Source: an uncultured delta proteobacterium
GTDB lineage: Bacteria; Myxococcota_A; Polyangia; Haliangiales; Haliangiaceae
Reading direction: 5' to 3'
NCBI GenBank assembly: GCA_963848295.1
Contig: CAWKDB010000010.1
Coordinates: 3,168,001-3,232,000 of the forward strand
DNA length: 64,000 nucleotides
Made by a program: the position numbers and the translations under genes. Of the stretch, positions 53,570 through 64,000 are shown piece after piece; positions within the stretch are counted from its first letter, which is position 1, and every line of letters begins with the position of its first letter. The notes below the pieces were generated by a model. The model was not told where the DNA came from, did not search any database, and saw nothing but the letters and a program-made list of their open reading frames with translations.

Positions 53570-53992
53570 TCAGGCGTTTTCGGTCCAGTACCGGACCCAG
53601 TCACCGTGCTCGATCAGCGTCCCTAGCTTGATCGCTCCCGGATCCGAGAGTGTGTAGATCCAAGTCCACACGAGCTCGCCGGTGTCGAGCGTCACCTGCC
53701 GGATCACTCGCGCGAAGTCTTGGCCTTCATAGGCATCGACCAGCCCGAACGTCGCCGCGAGCTCGGTGAGCCACAGCACTTCGCCGACGACGTTGCCGCT
53801 GCCATCGCCCTCGCTGAACCCCGGATAGCCGAGCGGGAACGCGTAGATCGATCCGGTGGTGTGAGCGGGCGCGGTGCGCGCGATCTGATTCGCAACGAGC
53901 GAGCGCGCGGTCTGGCCTTTGCGCATCGTGCCGTAGACGAACAGGCGATCGAGGACCTCGTGCGAGCCGGTCGTTCGCTCGACCTCGAACAT
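53570..53992 (-). CDS. Gamma-glutamylcyclotransferase (AIG2-like) family protein
   Basis: LFVYGTMRKG, YPG, VVGEV, DAYEG, GDW. Confidence 0.9.
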   Translation of the reverse strand: MFEVERTTGSHEVLDRLFVYGTMRKGQTARSLVANQIARTAPAHTTGSIYAFPLGYPGFSEGDGSGNVVGEVLWLTELAATFGLVDAYEGQDFARVIRQVTLDTGELVWTWIYTLSDPGAIKLGTLIEHGDWVRYWTENA

Positions 53993-54025
53993 TCCAGTCG
54001 CGCGGCGACGAGTCTCCGGCACGCC

Positions 54026-55000
54026 CTATTGTTGCGCACCGGCGGTAAGCGCCGCCACCTGATCTAGCGACGGTAACAACATTGCCGCTCCGGCGCCTTC
54101 GCCGTGGCCGAGCCCGGCATCGAGCATGGGCACGAGCCCGAGGTGCGCGAGCGCGGCCGGGAGCGTGAAGCTGCCGCGGTGCGCCGCGACCAGGTAGCCT
54201 CGTACGGCGGGCGCGAGCTCCGCGGCGACGAGTGCGGCGGCACCGGTCGCGTAGCCGTCGAGGATGATCGGGATATCGAACGAGGCCGCGGCGAGGATCA
54301 GGCCGGCGAGCACGCCGAGGTCGGATCCGCCCCAAGCCGCGAGGCGCGGTACACCGGGCTCACAGGGCGCGGTGACGGCGCGGGCCGCGATCGCATCGGC
54401 TCCCGAGTCGCCGAGCCCGGTCGGCGCGCGCCCGGTGGCTGCGGCGAGCAGGGCGGCCGCTGCGAGCTCCGAGCCCAGGCCGAGTGCACCGAGCGCGAAC
54501 GCCGCGACGCGCTCGGCTTCGACCAACGACACCGCGAGCGCGATGCCGGCTTCGATCGCGGCGATCGCGGCGGCTTCGCCGAGCGCCGGGCCGCGTGTGA
54601 CATCGGCGCTCGGTGCGAGTCCGAGCCGCACGGTCGCAGCCGGCATCGCGTCGGGCTCGCGCACTCCCGCATCGACCACGACGATCGGCGCCGCGGCAGC
54701 GCGGGCGAGCTGAGCGAGCGCGGCCGAGCCATCGCAGATCGCGCGCGCGGCGATGGCGGTCGGGTGGGCAGGACCCAGCGCGATGCCGGGATCGCCACAG
54801 CCGTGGTCACCGGCGACCACGACGATCATGCGCGGAGTCGCGCGCACCGCGGGCGTGTGCTGCGCGCCCGCGATCGCGCCGGCGAGCCGTTGTAGCAAGT
54901 CGCTGCCGGCGGCTGCAGCTTTCGCACGCGCGGCATCGCGACACGCCGCCGACGCCGGGCCGATTGTCGCGACGACTTGCGCGATGACGTCGCGGCTCAC
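54026..55000 (-). CDS. cobT: Nicotinate-nucleotide-dimethylbenzimidazole phosphoribosyltransferase-like protein (divergent)
   Basis: VVAGDHG, VVDAGV, LDGYATGAAAL and LGHGEGAGA match the CobT layout; coupled to btuC. Confidence 0.7.
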   Translation of the reverse strand: MSRDVIAQVVATIGPASAACRDAARAKAAAAGSDLLQRLAGAIAGAQHTPAVRATPRMIVVVAGDHGCGDPGIALGPAHPTAIAARAICDGSAALAQLARAAAAPIVVVDAGVREPDAMPAATVRLGLAPSADVTRGPALGEAAAIAAIEAGIALAVSLVEAERVAAFALGALGLGSELAAAALLAAATGRAPTGLGDSGADAIAARAVTAPCEPGVPRLAAWGGSDLGVLAGLILAAASFDIPIILDGYATGAAALVAAELAPAVRGYLVAAHRGSFTLPAALAHLGLVPMLDAGLGHGEGAGAAMLLPSLDQVAALTAGAQQ

Positions 55001-56036
55001 GTCCTCCCCCACATCGCGGCGTCGCGCTTGTGGCGCATCATGATCGCGAAGAAGAACGGCACGCCGAGCACCGCGGTCACCGCGCCGGTCGGCAATCGCG
55101 CCCACGCGAGCAGGCAGCGGGTGAGCGTGTCGCACACGGTCAAGACGAGCGCGCCGCCGAGCATCGACGCCGGCAACAGCGCGCGGTGATCCGGCCCGAT
55201 GATCGAGCGCAACACGTGCGGCACGACGAGCCCGATGAACCCGATCGGGCCGCCGATCGCGATCGCGCCACCGACGAGCAGCGACGCGATCAGGAACACG
55301 ACGATCTGCGTGCGCGCGACCGCGACGCCGAGCGACGCCGCGACTTCTTCGCCGGCGGCGAGCGCGTTGAGCTCCGGCCCGTACAGGACGAGTGCGACCA
55401 TCCCGATCGCGATCGGCGCCGCCATGTACTTCGCGGTGTCGAAGTTCGCCGGATCGAGGCCGCCCATCGTCCAGCCGAGCATGTGGGTGACGTCGGAGAA
55501 GTCGCTCGTGTACTGGACCAACACCGATGCCGACGAGCAGAACATCGAGATCGCGACGCCCGCGAGGATCAACGTCGCCGGCGGCAGCTGGCGGCCGATG
55601 CGCGCGAGATAGGCGATCGCGATGAGCGTGACGAGTGCGCCGACGAGCGCGGCGCCGCTGACTCCGAGCGAACCGAAAGCTTGCTCCGCGCCGAGTCGGA
55701 TCGCGAGCACCGCGGCGAGCGAGCTGCCGGACGAGATGCCGAGCGTGAACGGCTCGGCGAGCGGGTTGCGCAACAGCGCCTGCAGCGCGCAGCCGGCACC
55801 GCCGAGCGCGGCGCCGACGAGCAGCGACTCGGCGATCTGCTCGACCCGCAGCACGAAGATCGCGTGGTCCGGCGCGGCGCCGCACGGACCGCACCAAAGC
55901 CGAGCCATGCGAACGAATGGCCGAAAAACGGCGCGAGCCCGGCGACGATCGCGCACGCGAGTGCACACAGGCCGAGCGTCGTGACGAACCGCGTCCCGGT
56001 CAGGCGTTTGCCGCCGGCCGAAACGAAGCCGCTCAC
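54997..56036 (-). CDS. btuC: FecCD/BtuC family ABC permease, one apparent frameshift near 55880
   Basis: LRNPLAEPFTLGISSG, GEEVAASLGV, GPIGFIGLVVPH; the first TM segment lies in another frame starting at GTG 56036. Confidence 0.75.
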
Positions 56037-56800
56037 AACGGCACCGCGAACTTGCCGCCGGACGGCAAGTCTCCGACGTGAAACGCCAGACCGAAAGCCG
56101 CGGCGGTCGCCGAGGATGCGATCACGTCGGCGGGCGCTCCGCGCGACGCGATCCGACCGTCGGCGACGAGCCACAGCGTGCGGCCAAAGCGCAGCGCCAG
56201 ATCGAGATCGTGCGCGACGACCACCGCGCCGCCGCCGCCATCGCAGTGTGCGCGAACGACATCGAACACCCCGCGAGCGTGCGCGGGGTCGAGCCCGGCG
56301 GTCGGCTCGTCGAGCAGCAAGCACTTCGCGCCCTGACACAGCGCTTGCGCGAGGATCACGCGGCGCGCTTCGCCGCCGGACAGCTCGTCGAAGCGGCGCC
56401 CGGCGAGCTCGGCGACATCGCACGCGGTCATCGCGGCGCGCCCGGCGGCGACATCGTCGTCGGTCGCCAAGCCGAGACCGCGTTGCCGCGCGTAGCGGCC
56501 GAGCAACACGACATCCTCGACGACGAACGGAAACGCGAGGTCGTAGCGCTGTGGCAGGTACGCGAGCTCGCGCGCGATCGCACGCCGGTTGCTCGACGCC
56601 GGATCGAGCCCGGCGATCCGCACGGTGCCGGCGGTCGGAGCGATCAAGCCGGCGAGCGCGCGCAACAGCGTGGTCTTGCCCGCGCCGTTCGGACCGACGA
56701 TGACGACGAGCTCGCCGCCGTTGATCTGCGCGTTCACGCCGTGGACGACGCGACGGCCGCCGAGCGCGACGTCGACATCGGTGAGCTGCACGAGCGACAT
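56033..56800 (-). CDS. btuD: Cobalamin/iron-chelate ABC transporter ATP-binding protein
   Basis: GPNGAGKT, LSGGEARR, LLLDEPT, AHDLDLA. Confidence 0.8.
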   Translation of the reverse strand: MSLVQLTDVDVALGGRRVVHGVNAQINGGELVVIVGPNGAGKTTLLRALAGLIAPTAGTVRIAGLDPASSNRRAIARELAYLPQRYDLAFPFVVEDVVLLGRYARQRGLGLATDDDVAAGRAAMTACDVAELAGRRFDELSGGEARRVILAQALCQGAKCLLLDEPTAGLDPAHARGVFDVVRAHCDGGGGAVVVAHDLDLALRFGRTLWLVADGRIASRGAPADVIASSATAAAFGLAFHVGDLPSGGKFAVPL

Positions 56801-56988
56801 ACAGCGTGTGTATCACTCACAGCGCGTCGGAGTCGCGGCGCACGACGAACGGCGGTGGCTTTGACTATTTGGACGAATGCGACGGATCTTCGAGGAGGAT
56901 CGCCGGCGAATCGCAGATGAAAAAGAACCCATCGATCATCTTTGGGGGTGACGGCGGAGGGACGGTGCCATCGCCGCGCTCGAGAGGT

Positions 56989-57834
56989 CTACTCGATCGC
57001 CTTGGCCAGCGCTGCGAGTGCGGGGGCGATCCGCGGCGATGGCGCCATCAGATACGGCTCGGTGAGCGCGACGACATGGCCGCTTGCGACCGCCGGCACG
57101 GCGACGTCGTGCCACGGCGCGATGCCGTCCTTCGCGGCGTAAGACAGATCGAGGATGACGTCGGGGTTCGCGGCGAGCACTTCTTCGATCGAGATCTTCG
57201 GATAACGCACTCCCGAGGTCGCGAGGACGTTGTCGCCCCCGACCACCGCGAGCAGCTCGTCGATCCAGCTGCCCGGTCCCGCCGCGACCATGCCGCCCAA
57301 GCCGCCGGATTCGCGATCGATGATCGCGAGCACTCTCGGGTGGTGCGCCGGTCGGTGCGCGGTCGCGTTCGCGATCGCGCCGTGGATCTCGGCGATCACG
57401 GCGTCGGCTTGGCGGTCGCGATGCAAGGTCGCGCCGACCGTACGGAGCGCGGCCTCGACATCGCCGAGCGCGTGAAACGCGCACTGCACCGTCGCGATTC
57501 CCGCTCCGTGCAGCGCCTTCTCGGCGTCGCCATGAATATCATCCACGATGACCAGCGTCGGATGGAGCGCGACGATCGACTCGAGGTTCGGCGCGGTGAA
57601 GCTGCCGACCTTCGGCAGCTGCTTGACCTCGGGCGGAAACACCGAATAATCGTCGACGCCGACCAGCATCCCCGCGGCACCGAGCGCCGCGACGACCTCG
57701 GTACCTGACGGCATGAGCGTCACGATCCGCGCGGCTTGGCCGGCGGGCGGTGGCGGCGGCGCGGGCGGCGAACCGCAGCCGACCGCGTGCCACGTCGCGA
57801 TCGCGATCACGCCGAGCACCAGAGACCGCCGCAT
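56989..57834 (-). CDS. btuF: Helical-backbone periplasmic binding lipoprotein (cobalamin-binding, BtuF-like)
   Basis: RIVTLMPSGTE, LVGVDDYS..P, PNLESIV, EEVLAANPDVI, PSPRI; cobT context favours B12 as the substrate. Confidence 0.75.
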   Translation of the reverse strand: MRRSLVLGVIAIATWHAVGCGSPPAPPPPPAGQAARIVTLMPSGTEVVAALGAAGMLVGVDDYSVFPPEVKQLPKVGSFTAPNLESIVALHPTLVIVDDIHGDAEKALHGAGIATVQCAFHALGDVEAALRTVGATLHRDRQADAVIAEIHGAIANATAHRPAHHPRVLAIIDRESGGLGGMVAAGPGSWIDELLAVVGGDNVLATSGVRYPKISIEEVLAANPDVILDLSYAAKDGIAPWHDVAVPAVASGHVVALTEPYLMAPSPRIAPALAALAKAIE

Positions 57835-57875
57835 GTGCTCGTCCGTACCACACCGCGCGCTGGTATCGTGGATCC

Positions 57876-59486
57876 GTGAGCGACGCCGAGCTGATCGGAA
57901 CCGTCCTCGACGGTCGCTATCGCGTGATCTCGCCGATCGCGGAGGGCGCGATGGGTAGCGTCTATCGCGGCGAGCGCGTCAACCTCGGGCGCGAGGTCGC
58001 GATCAAGGTGATGCGCGGCGCGTTGCCGGGCGAGCTATCGAGTCGCGAGCGGTTCGCGCGCGAGGCGCAGGTGATGGCGAAGCTCGACCATCCGCACTGC
58101 GTCGCGGTGATCGATTTCGGCGTGCACGATGACAAGCCGTATGTCGTGATGGATCTCGTCCGCGGGACGAGCCTCATCGATCTGCTCGCGGGTAAGCGCT
58201 TCGAGCCGCGGCGCGCGGCCGAGATCATGCGGCAGATGCTGTCCGGGTTGGCGCACGCGCACGAGCTCGGCATCATCCATCGCGACATCAAGCCGGCGAA
58301 CGTCATGGTCGCGACCCAGACCGCGCTCGGCGAGCAGATCAAGTTGCTCGACTTCGGGCTCGCGCGCTTCGTCGAGCAGAGCACGAAGCTCACGACCGGC
58401 ATCGTCGTCGGTACGCCGAACTACATGGCGCCGGAGCAGTGCCGCGGTCAGGACATCGACACCCGCGCCGACCTCTACGCCTGCGGCGTCGTGCTGTTCG
58501 AGATGCTGACCGGCGACAAGCCGTTCGCGGCCGACGATCCGGTCGGGGTCGTGCGCATGCACCTGCATCAGCCCGCGCCGACCTTGGCGTCGGTCGTGCC
58601 CGGACCCGAGCTGGCGGCGTTCGAGCCGATCGTCGCGCGCGCGCTCGCGAAGGCGCCGGCGGATCGCTATGCGTCGGCCGAGGACATGGCCGCGGCGATC
58701 GGCGCGGTCATCGACACGCTGCCCTCGGTCATGCCAGCGACCGCGTCGGCGCCGGTGCGCGCATCGGAAGCGGAGGTCGCCACCGCATCCGGGTGGGAGG
58801 TGCCCCGCGGTTATACGCCGCCGAGCGATGGCGCGCCGGCGGCCGAGCTCGTCGTGCCGGTGACGCGGCCTTCGGTGCAACCGCGCTCGGGGGTCCCGCC
58901 GACGCGGCCGATGGCGACGGCGCGACCGCTGCCGATGAAGCCACTGCTGATCGGCGGCGGTGTCGTCGCGGTGGTGATCGTCATCGCGTTCGCCGCTCGC
59001 TCGGGCTCGTCGTCGCAGGTCGGCGCGCCCGCCGACGCGGCGGTCGTCGTCACGAAGCCGCCGATCGATGCCGCCGTCATCGATCCAGTCGCCGGCGCGC
59101 TCGCGCGAGCGAACGAGCTGTTCGCACAGGGCCACCTCGAGCACGCGCTCGAGATCGTGAACGCAGCGCGCTTGCTCGCGCCCCAGAACGCGGAGCTCGC
59201 ATATCTCGACGGGCGGATCTATTTCGCGAAGCTGTGGTGGACCGACGGCATTCGCTGCCTGCGCGACGCGGTTCGTCTCGAGCCGGCCTATCGCAGCGAT
59301 CCCGAGCTGATCAAGACGGTCTTGCGCGGGTTCTTGATCACGCCGCGCACCGAGTCGAACCTCGCGGCGTTTCTCGTCGAGCTCGGTCCCGATGCGAGGC
59401 CGCTGGTCGAGGACGCGGCGCAGAATCACCCGAATCGCGCGTTGCGAGATCGCGCGGCGGCGCTGCTCAAGCGCTTTCGCGACTGA
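57876..59486 (+). CDS. Transmembrane Ser/Thr protein kinase with C-terminal TPR
   Basis: AEGAMG, VAIK, HRDIKPAN, DFG, GTPNYMAPE, TM helix, TPR pair. Confidence 0.93.
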   Translation: MSDAELIGTVLDGRYRVISPIAEGAMGSVYRGERVNLGREVAIKVMRGALPGELSSRERFAREAQVMAKLDHPHCVAVIDFGVHDDKPYVVMDLVRGTSLIDLLAGKRFEPRRAAEIMRQMLSGLAHAHELGIIHRDIKPANVMVATQTALGEQIKLLDFGLARFVEQSTKLTTGIVVGTPNYMAPEQCRGQDIDTRADLYACGVVLFEMLTGDKPFAADDPVGVVRMHLHQPAPTLASVVPGPELAAFEPIVARALAKAPADRYASAEDMAAAIGAVIDTLPSVMPATASAPVRASEAEVATASGWEVPRGYTPPSDGAPAAELVVPVTRPSVQPRSGVPPTRPMATARPLPMKPLLIGGGVVAVVIVIAFAARSGSSSQVGAPADAAVVVTKPPIDAAVIDPVAGALARANELFAQGHLEHALEIVNAARLLAPQNAELAYLDGRIYFAKLWWTDGIRCLRDAVRLEPAYRSDPELIKTVLRGFLITPRTESNLAAFLVELGPDARPLVEDAAQNHPNRALRDRAAALLKRFRD

Positions 59487-59540
59487 TCGTCGACGCATCC
59501 TCCTCGCAGCCAACTCGCGCGTGGTCTCGGCATGGTTTCG

Positions 59541-59619
59541 ATCCTCGACGGAGCGCGTCATCGTGCATCGAAATCCTCGTCGGACCGCGTCATCGCGCGT
59601 CGGAATCCTCGTCGGAGCG
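59541..59619. repeat. Imperfect 32-bp tandem repeat (about 2.5 copies)
   Basis: ATCCTCG(A/T)CGGA starts at 59541, 59573 and 59605. Confidence 0.75.
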
Positions 59620-59791
59620 GGCCTGTTTCTGATCGCCTGATGATCTGGAGATCATGCAGCCACTCCCGCGCCACGGCGGCGTCACACTCCGTGAAAAAAA
59701 CCTCTGTTCCACCGCAATCCGGACCCCGTCGCAAATTTTTTTCGACCCGAGATCTCTCCGTAACTCGGCGCGTCAATTCACCGGTTTCGAG

Positions 59792-59824
59792 ACCTCCACA
59801 GGCTTATCCACACGGTTATCCAAA
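59792..59824 (+). promoter_or_regulatory. DnaA boxes upstream of nrdJ
   Basis: Perfect TTATCCACA at 59804-59812, TTATCCAAA at 59816-59824, degenerate ACCTCCACA at 59792-59800; 12-bp period. Confidence 0.65.
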
Positions 59825-59914
59825 TAATTAGGATCCCATGGAAAAACGCGATGGCTTCACCCGCAATCCACCCTCAATTCACAGCTAGTCCACGTGGATA
59901 TCTCACTCGTGACC

Positions 59915-59960
59915 ACACTAGCTGTAGGATACGCTCCCGAACCACCCACCAAATCTAGTG
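59915..59960. promoter_or_regulatory. Tandem NrdR boxes
   Basis: ACACTAGCTGTAGGA (59915) and CCACCAAATCTAGTG (59946) against consensus acaCwAtATaTwGtg; 31-bp spacing; upstream of an RNR gene. Confidence 0.75.
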
Positions 59961-60338
59961 CACTTTTTCTTGCCCACTCCTAACGGGGTAAGTAGAAAGG
60001 AACTCCGCCGCGCTTGTCCTTCGCGGAACAGCTCTGAAGCCCGCAAGCCGTCACCTGAATTAGCGAGAAGCCGGTCCACAAAACATCGCCCTGCGTGGGC
60101 CGCTCCACGCCGCGTAACGCGAAAAGTCACAGGGCTCTGATAGAGCCGTCACCCACGCAAGAATCCAGACCGAAGACAAGAGTCGCGCACACCGGGATCG
60201 CCGCCCGGGACTGAACATTCGCTAGTGGTTTCGGGCAGTAGCCGAAGCTGCCGCTGGGGCTCCTATGCCCGAACGCCGCCACCGTCAGATCCACCCGTCA
60301 TCATTTTCTACCAGCCGCCAGGTTCTACAGGAGGGGTC

Positions 60339-63263
<2,925 letters not shown>

Positions 63264-63305
63264 CTACGGCGTTCCGAGCGCGTCGGCACGGCCGATGCAC
63301 CGACG

Positions 63306-63491
63306 ATGGTCATGGCTGCACCAAAAATCGCAACGACGGTGCTCGTGGTCTACGTGCTGGCGATGGTGGCCGTCGTGATCGGCCTGGATGTTCTGTTCTT
63401 CAGGAACCGAATCTGGCCGCGGCTGATGGTGAACGTCGGGGTCGTCCTGGTGTTCGGGGCGTTCTATCTGAGGTTCCTGAAGCGTCCTTGA
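63306..63491 (+). CDS. Small two-TM membrane protein
   Basis: 61 aa with two hydrophobic helices separated by RNRIWPR. Confidence 0.6.
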   Translation: MVMAAPKIATTVLVVYVLAMVAVVIGLDVLFFRNRIWPRLMVNVGVVLVFGAFYLRFLKRP

Positions 63492-63537
63492 GCAGAGCCG
63501 CCGCAATGCGGCGAGCCAAGCAGGCTAGAATGACGAG

Positions 63538-64000
63538 GTGGATGTCCGCCGCGGAGCCGCCGTCGCGTGTGCGCTCGTAGCGGCGTGCTCGACGCCGAGC
63601 GAGTCGGTGCAGACCCAGGCGGTGATGCAGTGTCCGACCGATACGGTCGAAGGTGTCGATGTCTATTCGGGCGACGGCGCGATCGATTGGGCGAAGGTCG
63701 CCGGCTCGGGACGGAAGTTCGCGTTCATCAAGGCGACGCAGGGCAACTACAACACGCAATCGACGTTCGAGACGAACTGGAACGACTCGCTGTCGAACGG
63801 TCTGTATCGCAGCCCGTATCACTTCTTCGACGGCACGATCGACGGCGTCACCCAGGCGAATTGGTTTCTCGACGAGCTGACCTCGGTAGGTGGCCTGCAA
63901 CAGGGCGATCTCGCGCCGATGCTCGACATCGAGTGTCCGACCTCGTCGAGTGAGAGCGGCTCGTCTCCCGATTGCGAGTACACCGGCGACTCGGGCTGGG
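63538..64000 (+). CDS. GH25 lysozyme/muramidase lipoprotein (partial, runs off window end)
   Basis: Not in the ORF track. Manual translation: LVAAC lipobox, EGVDVY...IDWAKV...FAFIKATQG...YHFF...PMLDIE. Confidence 0.88.
   Translation, partial: MDVRRGAAVACALVAACSTPSESVQTQAVMQCPTDTVEGVDVYSGDGAIDWAKVAGSGRKFAFIKATQGNYNTQSTFETNWNDSLSNGLYRSPYHFFDGTIDGVTQANWFLDELTSVGGLQQGDLAPMLDIECPTSSSESGSSPDCEYTGDSGW

Noticed and set aside
56801..56988. Cobalamin riboswitch between btuF and btuD
   Set aside because: No GGGAA / GCCACTG / B12-box elements recognised on the minus strand.
59487..60338. Chromosomal replication origin (oriC)
   Set aside because: Only one perfect DnaA box and a very short AT-rich patch, with no dnaA/dnaN/gidA/parAB nearby; NrdR boxes and nrdJ explain the region better.
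63306..64000. Holin-endolysin pair from a prophage (small TM protein plus GH25)
   Set aside because: The GH25 has its own lipoprotein signal and no phage genes are visible; the sequence beyond the window would be needed to reconsider.

Overview
GC-rich (~70%) bacterial chromosomal window. The gene content points to a myxobacterium (Myxococcota; inference): Ser/Thr kinase-TPR proteins, a myxobacterial-type ECF sigma factor, many Cys-rich lipoproteins and an MshEN protein. Recognisable genes include dtd, ppk1, queC, korAB, a btuFDC-cobT-like cobalamin cluster, class II ribonucleotide reductase nrdJ, peptide transporters and several hydrolases. No rRNA, tRNA or CRISPR-cas was seen. Main highlights: (1) a REP-associated-type HUH/Y1 tyrosine transposase bracketed by two different, inward-facing tandem arrays that share an ACCGGAGG core (5 and 12 copies); (2) a low-GC, translationally coupled ABC/AAA_21 ATPase plus divergent TOPRIM-like partner next to a Uma2 nuclease, a candidate anti-phage module; (3) three tandem two-lobed retropepsin-like proteins with non-canonical catalytic motifs, plus an unannotated 43-codon ORF that is a fourth copy of their C-terminal tip; (4) an ~850-bp nrdJ upstream region with phased DnaA boxes, tandem NrdR boxes and a long leader with alternative pairings; (5) a strongly diverged CobT. 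Frameshifts in korA and btuC may be assembly errors. All calls come from reading motifs by eye; no database searches were run.
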